A stretch of 64,000 nt of DNA from Chloroflexota bacterium (GCA_016194865.1 JACQAT010000020.1:12902-76901), one strand, 5' to 3'; numbered from the stretch's first letter, positions 1-10,219 are shown. The notes: generated by a model from the letters alone, not told the origin. Numbers and translations: made by a program.

Positions 1-1251
1 CAGCGCCTCGATCGCGGCGCGCTCCGCCGGAACGATCGTGCCGGGGTGGGAGACGATGTCGATCGCGCGCCGCTCCGTCGCGATCTTCCCCGGCGCCGCG
101 AAGGCAGCGAGGTTCGCGCGGATCTGCGGCTGGATCGTCGACACGGTGAAGGCATAGGTGTTGCCGCCGATCGTGGGCGACTCGAGCAGCGGCAGGTCTC
201 CGGACGCGTTCGCGTCGTCCTTCGACGGGTGGTACGGCTGCGCGTCCACGGGCAGCGTCCAGGGCCAGCGCAGGCGACCGAACGATCCGGCTGGCACCGC
301 GGTGCAATCGGCGGTGAAGCCCAGCGCGCTCAGCACGCGCAGCGTCGCGGCATCGGCGAAGTCACCGCCCGCGCGGAACGAGGTCGGCCGCGGCAGGCCG
401 CGATCGGCCATGAGCCGCAGCGCGTGCTCGATGTAGGTGCGCTGCTCGGCCTCGGGATACGCCGTGATCGGCACGTCGTAGCCGTCGCTTCGGCCGGCCC
501 AATTCGGTGCCAGGCGAGGGACGAGCCCCGCGGCGCGCACTTCGTCGGTCCAGAGGTGGACGTGGAGCCCGATCTCGTCGCCCTTCGCCAGGCGGCCCTT
601 CGTCCACTCCAGCATCGCGTCCTGCCGCTCCGTCGAGACCTCGTTCGTCGTCCAGACACGTGGGTTCCACAGCACGGTCATGGGGACCTCGAGGCCGTCG
701 GAGATGGCCGCCGTATTCGCCAGCTCGCTGTCGGCCGACGCGTCGCCCTCGAAGTCGAGCGTCCACACGACGTACTCGGGCTGCGAGATGGTCACGATGA
801 CGCTCGCGACCTGCGCCTCGCTGCCATCGGCGAGGCGTTCGAACACGTCGACGACACGCTCCCCGGGCGCCTGGAGGGCCGGAAGCTCAGCCGTCCACGA
901 CGTGGCGCTCGTGGGCACGAGGTCGACCGATACGCCACCCCGATACCGCGCGTACGGCCGTCCCGCCGTTGGATCGGATGCGAACGTCGCGATCACGCGC
1001 ACCGGATCCACAGGAAGCCCGTCAGGGACGAGGTACCAGCGACGAGAGCTCACAGCGGTGGCCGCGACCGCTGACGCGAGGCCGCCCCGCGGCGTGATCG
1101 ACGCGACTGGAATGCCTGTTGACGTCTCGGACGGCCCCCCGGGCCGATCCGAGACGGCGGCGGGCAAGATCGTCGCAGGCGCCCCACCCGACGAGGGAGA
1201 GCCACAGGCGACGACGAGCAAGACCAAGCATGCGAGATACTTAGTGGTCAC
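1..1251 (-). CDS. Putative lipoprotein with a deacetylase/glycoside-hydrolase-like fold (3' end outside window)
   Basis: Absent from the ORF track because no stop lies in the window. The minus-strand frame is open from 1251 down to position 1. GTG at 1251 gives MTTKYLACLVLLVVAC/GS (lipobox). Downstream motifs are WTLDFEGD, GLHVHLW and SFRAGGDFADAATLRVLSALGFTADCT, which resemble CE4/WalW-type deacetylases. The plus-strand ORFs 46..1074 and 680..1624 are Arg-rich shadows. Confidence 0.6.
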   Translation of the reverse strand, partial: MTTKYLACLVLLVVACGSPSSGGAPATILPAAVSDRPGGPSETSTGIPVASITPRGGLASAVAATAVSSRRWYLVPDGLPVDPVRVIATFASDPTAGRPYARYRGGVSVDLVPTSATSWTAELPALQAPGERVVDVFERLADGSEAQVASVIVTISQPEYVVWTLDFEGDASADSELANTAAISDGLEVPMTVLWNPRVWTTNEVSTERQDAMLEWTKGRLAKGDEIGLHVHLWTDEVRAAGLVPRLAPNWAGRSDGYDVPITAYPEAEQRTYIEHALRLMADRGLPRPTSFRAGGDFADAATLRVLSALGFTADCTAVPAGSFGRLRWPWTLPVDAQPYHPSKDDANASGDLPLLESPTIGGNTYAFTVSTIQPQIRANLAAFAAPGKIATERRAIDIVSHPGTIVPAERAAIEAL

Positions 1252-2958
1252 ATGGCCCTCGTTCCGCAACGCCGCTGGATCCTGCCGAACGCGTCCACGC
1301 GCGATCTTCCCGATGGTATCCCGAGCCTCGTCGCGCGGATCCTCCGCGCGCGCGGGATCGCGGACACCGATATGTCGGCCTTCCTCGAGGCCGCGCCGCC
1401 GGCCGACGATGGGCCGCCGATGCTCGACCTCGACATCGCGGTCGATCGCCTGCGCCGTGCGCTCGCTGCCCGCGAGCGCATCGTCATCTACGGGGACTAC
1501 GACGTCGACGGCATCGCCGGCACCGCGATCCTCGTCCGCGCGTTCCGCGCCTTCGGCGTCGCGGTCGGCGCGTACGTCCCGAATCGCTACGAGGAAGGGT
1601 ACGGCCTCAACGCGCAGGCGCTGAGCGATCTCGCGGCCGACGGCGCGAAGGTCGTCGTCTCGGTCGACTGCGGCGTCACGGCCGTTCGCGAGGCGGAGCA
1701 CGCGAGGACGCTCGGCATCGATCTGATCGTCACGGACCATCACCACCCGCCGCCGTTGCTGCCTCGCGCGTACGCGGTCGTGAACCCGCGCCGCCCGAAC
1801 GATCCGTCGCTCGACAAGGATCTCGCCGGTGCGGGCGTCGCGCTGCGGCTCGCGAAGAAGCTCCTCGGGGAGCTCACGTACGCGCTCCGCGAGGACGAGC
1901 TGCTGCAGCTCGCCGCGCTCGCCACGGTCGCCGATGTCGTGCCGCTGCGCGGCGCGAATCGCGCCATCACCCGCGCGGGCCTCGCCTCTCTCAATCGCGC
2001 GCCGATCACCGGCGTGCGCGCGCTGATCGAGCGGAGCGGCCTGAAGGCGGGCAAGGTCACGGCCGGCGAGATCGGCTGGACGCTCGGGCCGCGGCTCAAC
2101 GCCGCGGGCCGGATCGCCGATGCGGAGATCGCGCTACGCCTTCTGCTCAGCGAGGATGCCGAGGAAGCGCGCGGCCTCGCGGAGCAGCTCGAGGAGCGCA
2201 ACCAATCGCGACAGGCGCTCACCCGCGAGATCGTCGCGGGCGCCACCGAGCGGCAGAAGGAGCGGCCCGACGCGTGGATGACGGTCGTCGCCGACCCGTC
2301 GTGGTCCGCCGGCGTCGTCGGCATCGCCGCGGGGCGCCTCGTCGAGCAGCTCGGCCGGCCGGCCGCCGTGCTCGCGATCGACGGGGATGAGGCGAAGGGA
2401 TCGTGCCGCTCCATCTCGAGCGTGCACATCGCCGAGATCCTCGCGGAATGCGGGGACGTCCTCATCAAGCACGGCGGTCACGCGATGGCGGCCGGATTCT
2501 CCGTGAAGACCGAGCGGATCCCCGAGCTCATCGAGCGTCTCGACGACGCGGTGCGGCGCAGCCTTCACGGCGTGCGGCCGGTGCCACGGCTGCGCGTCGA
2601 CGCCGAGATCGAAGGCGAGATGCTCACGCCACGGCTGGCGCTCGAGCTCGCGCTGCTGGAGCCGTGCGGCAGCGCCAACCCGCAGCCGCGGCTGCTGCTG
2701 CGCGACGTGCGCGTGCACGGGGTGCGGCCGGCCGGCGCCGATCTCGATCACCTGCGCTGCAAGCTCACCGTCGGCCGCTTCACCTTCGACGCGATGGCCT
2801 GGCGGCGCGGCGATCACGCCGAGGCGATGATCGACGAGGGTCGCGTCGACGCGGTGGTCTCACTGAAGAGCGGCCTGCGCGGCTTCGTGGAGCTCGAGCT
2901 GGAGGACTTCGGCTCGGTCGGGACCGCGGCCGCGATGCAGCCGGCGGTGGTGACCTGA
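1252..2958 (+). CDS. recJ: Single-stranded-DNA-specific exonuclease RecJ
   Basis: 568 aa. DHH-family motifs GDYDVDGIAG, VDCG and DHHHPP, with a DHHA1-type GGHAMAAGF. Confidence 0.95.
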   Translation: MALVPQRRWILPNASTRDLPDGIPSLVARILRARGIADTDMSAFLEAAPPADDGPPMLDLDIAVDRLRRALAARERIVIYGDYDVDGIAGTAILVRAFRAFGVAVGAYVPNRYEEGYGLNAQALSDLAADGAKVVVSVDCGVTAVREAEHARTLGIDLIVTDHHHPPPLLPRAYAVVNPRRPNDPSLDKDLAGAGVALRLAKKLLGELTYALREDELLQLAALATVADVVPLRGANRAITRAGLASLNRAPITGVRALIERSGLKAGKVTAGEIGWTLGPRLNAAGRIADAEIALRLLLSEDAEEARGLAEQLEERNQSRQALTREIVAGATERQKERPDAWMTVVADPSWSAGVVGIAAGRLVEQLGRPAAVLAIDGDEAKGSCRSISSVHIAEILAECGDVLIKHGGHAMAAGFSVKTERIPELIERLDDAVRRSLHGVRPVPRLRVDAEIEGEMLTPRLALELALLEPCGSANPQPRLLLRDVRVHGVRPAGADLDHLRCKLTVGRFTFDAMAWRRGDHAEAMIDEGRVDAVVSLKSGLRGFVELELEDFGSVGTAAAMQPAVVT

Positions 2959-5186
2959 TGGCCGAGCGCGCCTCGACCGTCACCGCACGCATCGTCGGCA
3001 TCGCGGAGCGCCTGCGCCCGCAGCGCGCCGCCTCGTACGACGGCGAGACCGTCGCCAAGGAGCTGCTGCGGCACTACCCCGACGGCGACGCCGAGCTCGT
3101 CCGGCGCGCCTACGCCTACGCGAGCGAGGCGCACGAGGGGGTCCGTCGAGTCTCGGGCGAGTCGTACATCACGCATCCCGCCGCGGTCGCCACGCTGGTC
3201 GCGCAGCTCGGCATGGATGCGCCGACGGTCGCCGCGGCGCTGCTGCACGACGTGCCCGAGGACACGGTGCGGTCGATCGAGGACATCAAGAAGGAGTTCG
3301 GCGACGAGATCGGGCGGCTCGTGGACGGCGTCACGAAGCTGTCCAAGTTCTCGGGCACGTCGAGCGACGAGCATCAGGCCGAGAACATCCGGAAGATGTT
3401 CCTCGCGATGGCGGACGATCTGCGCGTCGTCATCGTCAAGCTCTGCGATCGCCTCCACAACATGCGGACCCTCGGAGTGCTGCCGCCGGAGAAGCGGCAC
3501 CGCATCGCGAAACAGACGATCGAGATCTACGCGCCACTGGCCCACCGCCTGGGCATCTGGCAGATCAAGTGGGAGCTCGAGGACCTCGCGTTCAAGTACC
3601 TCGAGCCCGATCAATACAAGGACCTCGCGGAGCAGCTGCAATCACGCAGGCAGGTGCGCGAGCGCTCCATCGAGGGGACGATGAAGACGCTGGCCCGCGA
3701 GCTCGAGAAGGCGGGCATCCGCGCCGAGCTGTCGGGACGCGCGAAGCACCTGTATTCGATCGCGCAGAAGATGCGCCGCAAGAACGTCGGCTTCAGCGAG
3801 ATCTACGACCTGCTGGCGATCCGCGTCATCGTCGCCGACGTGCCCACGTGCTACTCGGCGCTCGGCGTCGTCCACACGCTGTGGCCGCCGATCCCCAACC
3901 AGTTCGACGACTACATCGCGATGCCGAAGAACAACATGTACCAGTCCCTTCACACGGCCGTCATCGGCCCCGACGGGCAGCCGCTCGAGATCCAGGTGCG
4001 CACCCAGGAGATGCACGGCCTCGCGGAGTACGGGGTCGCCGCGCACTGGCGGTACAAGGAGGGTGGCAAGGGCGGCAAGGCCAAGTCCGACCCGCAGTAC
4101 GAGTCGAAGCTGGCATGGGTGCGCCAGCTCATGGAATGGCAGCACGACGTCGCGGACGCGACCGAGTTCGTCGAGTCGCTCAAGGTCGACGTGTTCCAGG
4201 ACCAGGTCTTCGTGTTCACGCCGAAGGGCGAGGTCAAGGACCTGCCCGCCGGCGCGACGCCGATCGACTTCGCCTACCGCATCCACACCGACATCGGCCA
4301 CCGCACGATCGGCGCGAAGGTCAACGGCCGGATCGTGCCGCTCGACCACAAGCTCGAGAACGGCGACATCGTCGAGATCGTCACCAGCAAGGCGGCCCGC
4401 GGTCCCTCGCGCGACTGGATCGGTATGGTCCGGACTCCCGGAGCTCGGGAAAAGATCCGCCAATGGTTCAAGAAGCAGCAGCGCGAGGAGAACGTCGCGC
4501 ATGGCCGCGAGCTGCTCGACCGCGAGCTCAAGCGCATCGCGCAGCGCTCGCTGGGCGACATCGGCGATGAGGATCTGCAGCGCGTCGCGGACCGGCTGAA
4601 CCTGCACGACGCCGACACGATGTTCGCCTCGCTCGGGTATGGCGCGGTCACCGCGGCGCAGGTCGTGACCCGTCTCGGCATCGTCGACGACACGGAGCTC
4701 GCGATCCCGGAGCAGGCGCCCGCGGCCCCGCCACCGACGTCGCGCGGCGGCGTGCGCGTGAAGGGCGTGGGGGACCTGCTGGTGCGCTTCGGTGTCTGCT
4801 GCAACCCCGTGCCCGGCGATCGGGTCCTGGGCTACATCACCCGCGGTCGCGGCGTGACCGTGCACCGCGCCGATTGCGCGAACGTCCGCACGAGCGTGGA
4901 GCACGAGCGCCTCGTCGAGGTCGAGTGGGAGCAGGAGCCGGCGCGCACGTATCCGGTCGCCATCCGCGTGCAGGGCTGGGACCGGCCCGGCTTCGTGCGT
5001 GACGTGGCGGCGATCATCAGCGAGAACGGGGTGTCGCTCATCAGCCTCGCCGCGAACGCGAATCCCGATCGTACCGCGACCGTCAATGCGACGCTCCAGG
5101 TCATCAGCGTCGAGCAGCTCTCACGGGTCCTGGCGAAGCTCGAAGGCGTGCGCGACGTCTTCACGGTCAGCCGGGACGCCCGGTGA
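2958..5186 (+). CDS. relA: Bifunctional (p)ppGpp synthetase/hydrolase Rel
   Basis: ATG at 2958 overlaps the recJ stop (ATGA). HD hydrolase motif (HDVPEDT), synthetase domain (YQSLHT), TGS domain and C-terminal ACT domain. ORF-track residues upstream of 2958 are an Arg-rich overlap with recJ and are not counted. Confidence 0.95.
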   Translation: MAERASTVTARIVGIAERLRPQRAASYDGETVAKELLRHYPDGDAELVRRAYAYASEAHEGVRRVSGESYITHPAAVATLVAQLGMDAPTVAAALLHDVPEDTVRSIEDIKKEFGDEIGRLVDGVTKLSKFSGTSSDEHQAENIRKMFLAMADDLRVVIVKLCDRLHNMRTLGVLPPEKRHRIAKQTIEIYAPLAHRLGIWQIKWELEDLAFKYLEPDQYKDLAEQLQSRRQVRERSIEGTMKTLARELEKAGIRAELSGRAKHLYSIAQKMRRKNVGFSEIYDLLAIRVIVADVPTCYSALGVVHTLWPPIPNQFDDYIAMPKNNMYQSLHTAVIGPDGQPLEIQVRTQEMHGLAEYGVAAHWRYKEGGKGGKAKSDPQYESKLAWVRQLMEWQHDVADATEFVESLKVDVFQDQVFVFTPKGEVKDLPAGATPIDFAYRIHTDIGHRTIGAKVNGRIVPLDHKLENGDIVEIVTSKAARGPSRDWIGMVRTPGAREKIRQWFKKQQREENVAHGRELLDRELKRIAQRSLGDIGDEDLQRVADRLNLHDADTMFASLGYGAVTAAQVVTRLGIVDDTELAIPEQAPAAPPPTSRGGVRVKGVGDLLVRFGVCCNPVPGDRVLGYITRGRGVTVHRADCANVRTSVEHERLVEVEWEQEPARTYPVAIRVQGWDRPGFVRDVAAIISENGVSLISLAANANPDRTATVNATLQVISVEQLSRVLAKLEGVRDVFTVSRDAR

Positions 5187-5210
5187 CCGAGGCGACCCGG
5201 CGATTCCGGA

Positions 5211-5615
5211 CTAGTGCTCCGTTTGCGGATCGCTACCAAGGTGATAAGAGATCAGCTCGATCAGTGTTCCATCGGGGTCTCGTAGATAGACGCTCGATCC
5301 GATCCCTCGGGCACCTTCCTTCTGGAGAGGCCCAAGTTCCGGCGCGATGCCCTGCCGCTCCAGGTGCGCGACGGCATCGGCGATGGGACCCGACCACTCG
5401 AAGCACAGGTCGCTGTTGCCCGGGCGCACCGGATCGCGCGCGACCGCTGACGGCGTGACGCCCGGGCCGTGCGCGTTGAGCTGCTGCGCGCCGAAGCGGT
5501 AGGCGAACCCGCCGCCGCGCGGGACGACCGTCGCGCCGAGCACATCGCGGTAGAACGCGTTGCTCCGTTGCCAGTCCGTTACCGCGATGACGACGTGATC
5601 GAGCGAAATGCGCAC
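5211..5615 (-). CDS. VOC/glyoxalase-family protein
   Basis: 134 aa. MRISLDHVVIAVTD..FYRDVLG...YLRDPDGTLIELI is typical of the glyoxalase/bleomycin-resistance fold. Confidence 0.8.
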   Translation of the reverse strand: MRISLDHVVIAVTDWQRSNAFYRDVLGATVVPRGGGFAYRFGAQQLNAHGPGVTPSAVARDPVRPGNSDLCFEWSGPIADAVAHLERQGIAPELGPLQKEGARGIGSSVYLRDPDGTLIELISYHLGSDPQTEH

Positions 5616-5621
5616 CGCAGG

Positions 5622-5627
5622 ATGCTA
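5622..5627 (-). promoter_or_regulatory. -10-like hexamer TAGCAT, 6 nt upstream of the VOC GTG (leaderless geometry)
   Basis: The minus strand reads TAGCAT-CCTGCG-GTG. Confidence 0.4.
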
Positions 5628-5697
5628 GGGAACCGCCCAGGGCATCTCGTTGTAGGGGTGGTGCAGGGCCAGAACGGCCCCTTGCGGAGGTGGCATC

Positions 5698-6276
5698 GTG
5701 AAGCGGCTCCTCGCGGCCCTGGCCATCGCGCTCGCGTCACTCGCGCCGGCCGGCCTGACGGCCAGCGCCAGCTGTGGCGTGTGCGTCTCGTCGGTCGCGC
5801 TCCAGACGCGCGATGGCCTTCCCTGGTCGAACGGCAAGCCGGTGACGCTGGTGATCTCCGTCGACCACGCGGCCGGCACTGCGCTGCCGGCGAGCGCCCT
5901 CGCGGTCGTCATGCAGACGGACGGCGATCGCACCAAGTGCCTGGACGTGCCGCTCAAGCTCGTGAGGAGCGATGGCACGACCGGTGTCTACGCGGGCCTG
6001 TTCTTCCCGTTCCGCGCGGCGCGCTTCGACGGCAAGCTGGCGATCGGCGACGACGTCTCCGACCTCGCGTTCGACGTGACGAAGATGGTGTCGGGCGCGG
6101 CGCCGGCGGGCGAGCTGCCTGCCGCCGAGCGGATCGACACCTCGGCCCCGCCGCTGTCGTTCGTCTCCGGGTCGCAGCTCCCGCTCGCCGGTGGGGTCGC
6201 GATCGCGTTCTGGTCGCTCGTGGCGCTCGCGCTCTACGCACGCCGTCGCGTGGTCGCGTCGGAAGGGACCGCGTGA
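5698..6276 (+). CDS. Hypothetical secreted protein with a C-terminal membrane anchor
   Basis: 192 aa. GGAGGTGG SD upstream of the GTG. N-terminal signal peptide (MKRLLAALAIALASLAPAG) and a C-terminal TM (VAIAFWSLVALALYARRR). Confidence 0.6.
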   Translation: MKRLLAALAIALASLAPAGLTASASCGVCVSSVALQTRDGLPWSNGKPVTLVISVDHAAGTALPASALAVVMQTDGDRTKCLDVPLKLVRSDGTTGVYAGLFFPFRAARFDGKLAIGDDVSDLAFDVTKMVSGAAPAGELPAAERIDTSAPPLSFVSGSQLPLAGGVAIAFWSLVALALYARRRVVASEGTA

Positions 6277-7343
6277 TGCGCGGCCTTCCGCTGGTGGGCG
6301 TGATCCTCTCGCTCGTCGCGTGCGGCAGCGGTGCCGCACGCGCCGTCCCCGCGGCCACGGCAAGCGCGACGCACGATCAGCACGCCGCGACGCCGAGCGC
6401 GACGCCGCTCATCAACGTCGACGACATGATGGGCTTCTTCGCGAACCAGCAGACCGTGTTCGTCGTGTCCGATGGCTGGGTGCGCGCCGTGACGCTGCTC
6501 AATCACGACGTGCGCTACGAGATCGCGGTGGGCGGCCCGGCGCAGGTGGCCGTCGATCAGGGCGGCACGTGGCTCTACGTGCTCGACCTGGACAAGAGCA
6601 CGGGCACCTCGCGTCTGCGCACCTTCGACGTCGCCGCCGGATCGGAGCGCGCACGCGCCACGGAGATCAGCGGCGTGGCTTCGGATCGGCGCGCGCTCGC
6701 CGCGGTCGCGAACAAGGTGTACGTGCTCAAGACGGAGGCGAGCGACAAACGCAGCTGGGTCGACTCCTTCGAGGCCCTCACGCTCAAGCCCGCCGGCACC
6801 ATCGCCGAGAAGGCTGGTTGCGCGGATCGGCTGCTCGCGACCGTCGCGCGGATCGCGCTTGTCTGCCGGACCGATGGGACGATGGCCGTGGGCTTCACGG
6901 TCGGTGGCGGCCGGCCCGTCGATCGCGCGTTCCCCGGGATCGCCGGCGCGACGATGGCCGATGACGGCACGATCTACGTCGTGACGAGCGCCGGTGCGCT
7001 CGCCGCGGTCCCGAGCGGGAGCGATCATCTCGCCGACCTGCCGTTGCCGAGCGACTGGATCGGGACCGTGCTCCCGGACACGCTCGTCGCGACGGGCGGG
7101 TACGTCGTCCTCGCGCAGCAGGCGAACGTCCCCTACGCCCGCATGTGGCTCAGCTCGAACATGGCCCAGCGGCGCAGCTGGCAGCTCTCCGGAACGCCGC
7201 AGGGCGGGATGCTCGCGCTCTGGCCGTTCGCGTACTTCACGGTCGATCGCAGCGTGCGGCACATCGATCTGGGGACGGGCGCCCTCGAGACCATGACCGA
7301 TATCGGCGCGAACGCGATGCTGGGGGCGATCGCGAGCAAATAG
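6276..7343 (+). CDS. Hypothetical lipoprotein
   Basis: ATG at 6276 overlaps the upstream TGA. MRGLPLVGVILSLVAC/GSG lipobox. The rest is repetitive and beta-rich (possibly propeller-like). I recognise no family. Confidence 0.6.
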   Translation: MRGLPLVGVILSLVACGSGAARAVPAATASATHDQHAATPSATPLINVDDMMGFFANQQTVFVVSDGWVRAVTLLNHDVRYEIAVGGPAQVAVDQGGTWLYVLDLDKSTGTSRLRTFDVAAGSERARATEISGVASDRRALAAVANKVYVLKTEASDKRSWVDSFEALTLKPAGTIAEKAGCADRLLATVARIALVCRTDGTMAVGFTVGGGRPVDRAFPGIAGATMADDGTIYVVTSAGALAAVPSGSDHLADLPLPSDWIGTVLPDTLVATGGYVVLAQQANVPYARMWLSSNMAQRRSWQLSGTPQGGMLALWPFAYFTVDRSVRHIDLGTGALETMTDIGANAMLGAIASK

Positions 7344-7346
7344 CGG

Positions 7347-8294
7347 CTAGCGCATCGCCTCGAGCAGGGGATCCACGTCGCGGTGGAACGTGTCGATCTC
7401 GACCAGCGGCTTCTCCGCGAGCGCGGGGATCCGCTGGTTGACGGCGTCCTCGTAGGTTGGCAGTTCGACCTGGTAGTAGATGCCGGTGGGGATGGGCTCG
7501 GCCTCGTACGAGCGCGCGACCGCGGCGGCCTTCTTCATGATGATCTCGTCGAGATCGGCCGGATCCTTCACGACGCCGTCGTAGCCGTGCTCCTCGAGCT
7601 TGTAGAGGCGCGACTTCTTCTCGGGCAGGTCCGCGCCCTCGTACCACTCCTTCGTGTAGAGGTCGTTGTACGTGGGGCACGTCTGCAATACATCTACGAG
7701 CGCGGAGCCCTTGTGCTGGATGGCCTTGACCAGGATGCCCGCCAGATATTTTGGCTCGAGCGCGTACGCGCGGGCGATGAACGTGTAGCCGGCCGCGACG
7801 GCCATCGCGATCGGGTTCACCCCGTCCTGGATGTTCTGCTCGGGCATCGACTTGGTCTTGCGGCCCTTGGACAGCGTCGGCGAGGCCTGACCCTTCGTGA
7901 GCCCGTACACCTGGTTGGTGTGGACGATGTAGGTGAAGTCGAGGTTGCGCCGGCCGCTGTTCACGAAGTAGCCGGCGCCGATGCCGTACCCGTCGCCGTC
8001 GCCGCCCATGGCGAGCACCGTGACCGCGCTGTTGGCCAGGCGCCCGCCCGTCGCGACGGGGAGGACGCGGCCGTGCAGCGTGTGGAAGCCGTAGGCCTTG
8101 ATGTAATGCGGCGTCTTGCCCGAGCAGCCGATGCCGGAGAAGAGCGCGATCTTGTCCGGGTCGAGGTTGAGCTGCGCGAGCGCCATCTGGATGCCGGTGA
8201 GGATGCCAAAATCGCCGCAGCCTAAGCACCAATCATTGTGAAGATCAGCTTTGTAATCCTTAACTGAGAACTTGATCGGCGCGCTAACGGACAC
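7347..8294 (-). CDS. korB: 2-oxoacid:ferredoxin/acceptor oxidoreductase, beta subunit (TPP-binding)
   Basis: 315 aa. WCLGCGDFGIL and GIGCSGK..GGDGDGYGIG TPP-binding motifs. Confidence 0.9.
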   Translation of the reverse strand: MSVSAPIKFSVKDYKADLHNDWCLGCGDFGILTGIQMALAQLNLDPDKIALFSGIGCSGKTPHYIKAYGFHTLHGRVLPVATGGRLANSAVTVLAMGGDGDGYGIGAGYFVNSGRRNLDFTYIVHTNQVYGLTKGQASPTLSKGRKTKSMPEQNIQDGVNPIAMAVAAGYTFIARAYALEPKYLAGILVKAIQHKGSALVDVLQTCPTYNDLYTKEWYEGADLPEKKSRLYKLEEHGYDGVVKDPADLDEIIMKKAAAVARSYEAEPIPTGIYYQVELPTYEDAVNQRIPALAEKPLVEIDTFHRDVDPLLEAMR

Positions 8295-10203
8295 GTGTCA
8301 CCACCGGCTCCGCGTGCGCGCCCGAGAGGACGTTCGAGAACGCGGCGACGAGCTCGTCCTCGCTGAAGGGGCGGCCGTCGTACTTCAGGATCCGCTCTTC
8401 GATCTTCACGCCGGTCTGCTCACGGAGGACGGAGCCGAGCTGGCCCGAGTAGTTCTCCTCGACGAGGCACAGCCTCTTCGCCTTCCGGAGGATCGCCTCG
8501 ACGTCCTCGGCGGGGAAGGGGCGCATCAGCCGGCACTGGAGGAAGCCGATCTTCCTGCCCCGCTCGGCGAGCACCCGGATCGCGTCGAGGATCGTGCCCT
8601 TCGGTGATCCCCAGCTCACGACCGTCAGCTCGGCGTCCTCCGGTCCGTAATAGCCGTACTGCTGATCCTTCGGGATCGCCTTCGCGATGAGGTCGAGCTT
8701 TCCCATGCGCTTCTCCATCATCGCCATGCGCATCTCGACGCCCTCGGTGATGTGCCCGTCGGGGTCGTGCTCGTCGGTCGTGGCCCAGAAGCGTCCGCCG
8801 GCGATGCCGGGACGGCTGCGAGGCGAGATGCCGTCCTTCGTCAGCGCGAAGCGCAGGTACTCGTGCACGTCGCCCTTCCCGTTGCCGTTCCCGTCGCGCC
8901 GGACGAGATCGTTGCCCTTCGCCTCGACCGCGGTCCACTCGCTCCCCGTGAAGTTCTCGCCGCGGTCGATCTTGTCGTACTTCAGCTCGAGCCTGTCGAT
9001 CGTCGTGTAGATGGCGGCGAGCTTCTTGTCCGATAGGACGATGACCGGGAGCTGGTAGCGCTCGGCCCAGTTGAAGGCGGAGAACACGTCCTGATACGAC
9101 TCACGCAGGTCACCGGGCGCGGTCACGATGTGCGGGAAGTCGCCCTGCGCGGGGTGGAGCGCGAAGAGCAGGTCGCCCTGCTCGTTGCGCGTCGGCAGGC
9201 CGGTCGACGGGCCGCCTCGCTGGTACAGCACGAGCACCGGTCCCGGTGCCTCGGTGATCGACGCGAAGCCGATGCCCTCGACCATCAGCGCGAAGCCGGG
9301 GCCGCTCGTCGCGGTCGCCGAGCGCACGCCCATGTGCGCCGCGCCGACGGCCATGTTGATCGAGGAGATCTCGTCCTCGCACTGCACGACGAGGATGTTG
9401 TGGTCGCGCTGCTGGCGCTCGAGGAAGACGGACTCGTCGGTGGCGGGCGAGATGGGGTAGTAGGTCTGGAAGTGACAGCCCGCCTTGAGCTTCGCGATGG
9501 CCATGATCTCGTAGCCCTTGGCGAGGATGCGCGCCTTCGGCTCGTGATGTGGCGTCAGCTTGTAGGGGAACGCCTCTGAGTCGAAGTGCTCCTTCACGTA
9601 GTCGAACGCGAGCCGGGCGACCCGCACGTTGAGCTGCCCGACCTCGCTGCGCTTTCCCTTGAACTGGCCCAGGATCACCTCGGACACGAGCTGGAGCGGA
9701 TAGTCGCAGAGCGCGAGCGACGCGCCGAGGGCGACGGTGTTCTTGTAGACCTCGTAGCGCCGGGCCTGGTCGCCCTTGCCGACCTCTTCGAGCGCCTTCT
9801 TGATCGTCTCCATGAAGGGCACCGCGTAGAAGTGGATGTCGTCGCGACCGGTGTGCGCCGGGTCGAATCCGATGTCGCTGTCGTAGATCACCCCACCGCC
9901 CTGCGAGACCTCGTGCAGGTGTCCGTAGTGGGTCGGCCAGCGGCGGTGGTCGCCGTCGCCGGCGAGCGTCTCGTGGTCGAGCGCGACCAGGATGTCGGTC
10001 ATCTCGCGGTAGGAGCGCACGTCCTCGTCATCGACACGCACCCGATAAAAGGAGTGCTTGCCCATGATGTTCGAGTGGTACTCGATATTGGCGTAGACGC
10101 GCAGCCCTGCCCGGCTGCACGACTTCGCGAATACCTCGGCGGAGGCGTTAATCCCGCTCCCCTGGGGTCCACCGATCATCCAGGTGAGCCGATTCTTCTG
10201 CAA
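8284..10203 (-). CDS. korA: 2-oxoacid:ferredoxin/acceptor oxidoreductase, alpha subunit (fused gamma-alpha type)
   Basis: 639 aa with a TTG start. The N-terminal GGPQGSGINASAE gamma-like domain is followed by a pyrimidine-binding alpha domain (YPISPATD). Overlaps korB by 11 nt. Confidence 0.9.
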   Translation of the reverse strand: MQKNRLTWMIGGPQGSGINASAEVFAKSCSRAGLRVYANIEYHSNIMGKHSFYRVRVDDEDVRSYREMTDILVALDHETLAGDGDHRRWPTHYGHLHEVSQGGGVIYDSDIGFDPAHTGRDDIHFYAVPFMETIKKALEEVGKGDQARRYEVYKNTVALGASLALCDYPLQLVSEVILGQFKGKRSEVGQLNVRVARLAFDYVKEHFDSEAFPYKLTPHHEPKARILAKGYEIMAIAKLKAGCHFQTYYPISPATDESVFLERQQRDHNILVVQCEDEISSINMAVGAAHMGVRSATATSGPGFALMVEGIGFASITEAPGPVLVLYQRGGPSTGLPTRNEQGDLLFALHPAQGDFPHIVTAPGDLRESYQDVFSAFNWAERYQLPVIVLSDKKLAAIYTTIDRLELKYDKIDRGENFTGSEWTAVEAKGNDLVRRDGNGNGKGDVHEYLRFALTKDGISPRSRPGIAGGRFWATTDEHDPDGHITEGVEMRMAMMEKRMGKLDLIAKAIPKDQQYGYYGPEDAELTVVSWGSPKGTILDAIRVLAERGRKIGFLQCRLMRPFPAEDVEAILRKAKRLCLVEENYSGQLGSVLREQTGVKIEERILKYDGRPFSEDELVAAFSNVLSGAHAEPVVTRVR

Positions 10204-10213
10204 CGTGAAGTCC

Positions 10214-10219
10214 TATTGT
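10214..10219 (+). promoter_or_regulatory. -10-like hexamer TATTGT, 8 nt upstream of the aspA ATG (leaderless geometry); its complement TACAAT faces korA
   Basis: Lies in the 24-nt divergent korA/aspA spacer: TATTGT-AAGCGCGC-ATG. Confidence 0.4.

Noticed and set aside
2403-2957. 185-aa N-terminal extension of Rel in the ORF track
   Set aside because: The extension is an Arg-rich overlap with the recJ 3' half. ATG 2958, in an ATGA overlap with the recJ stop, gives a normal Rel N-terminus.
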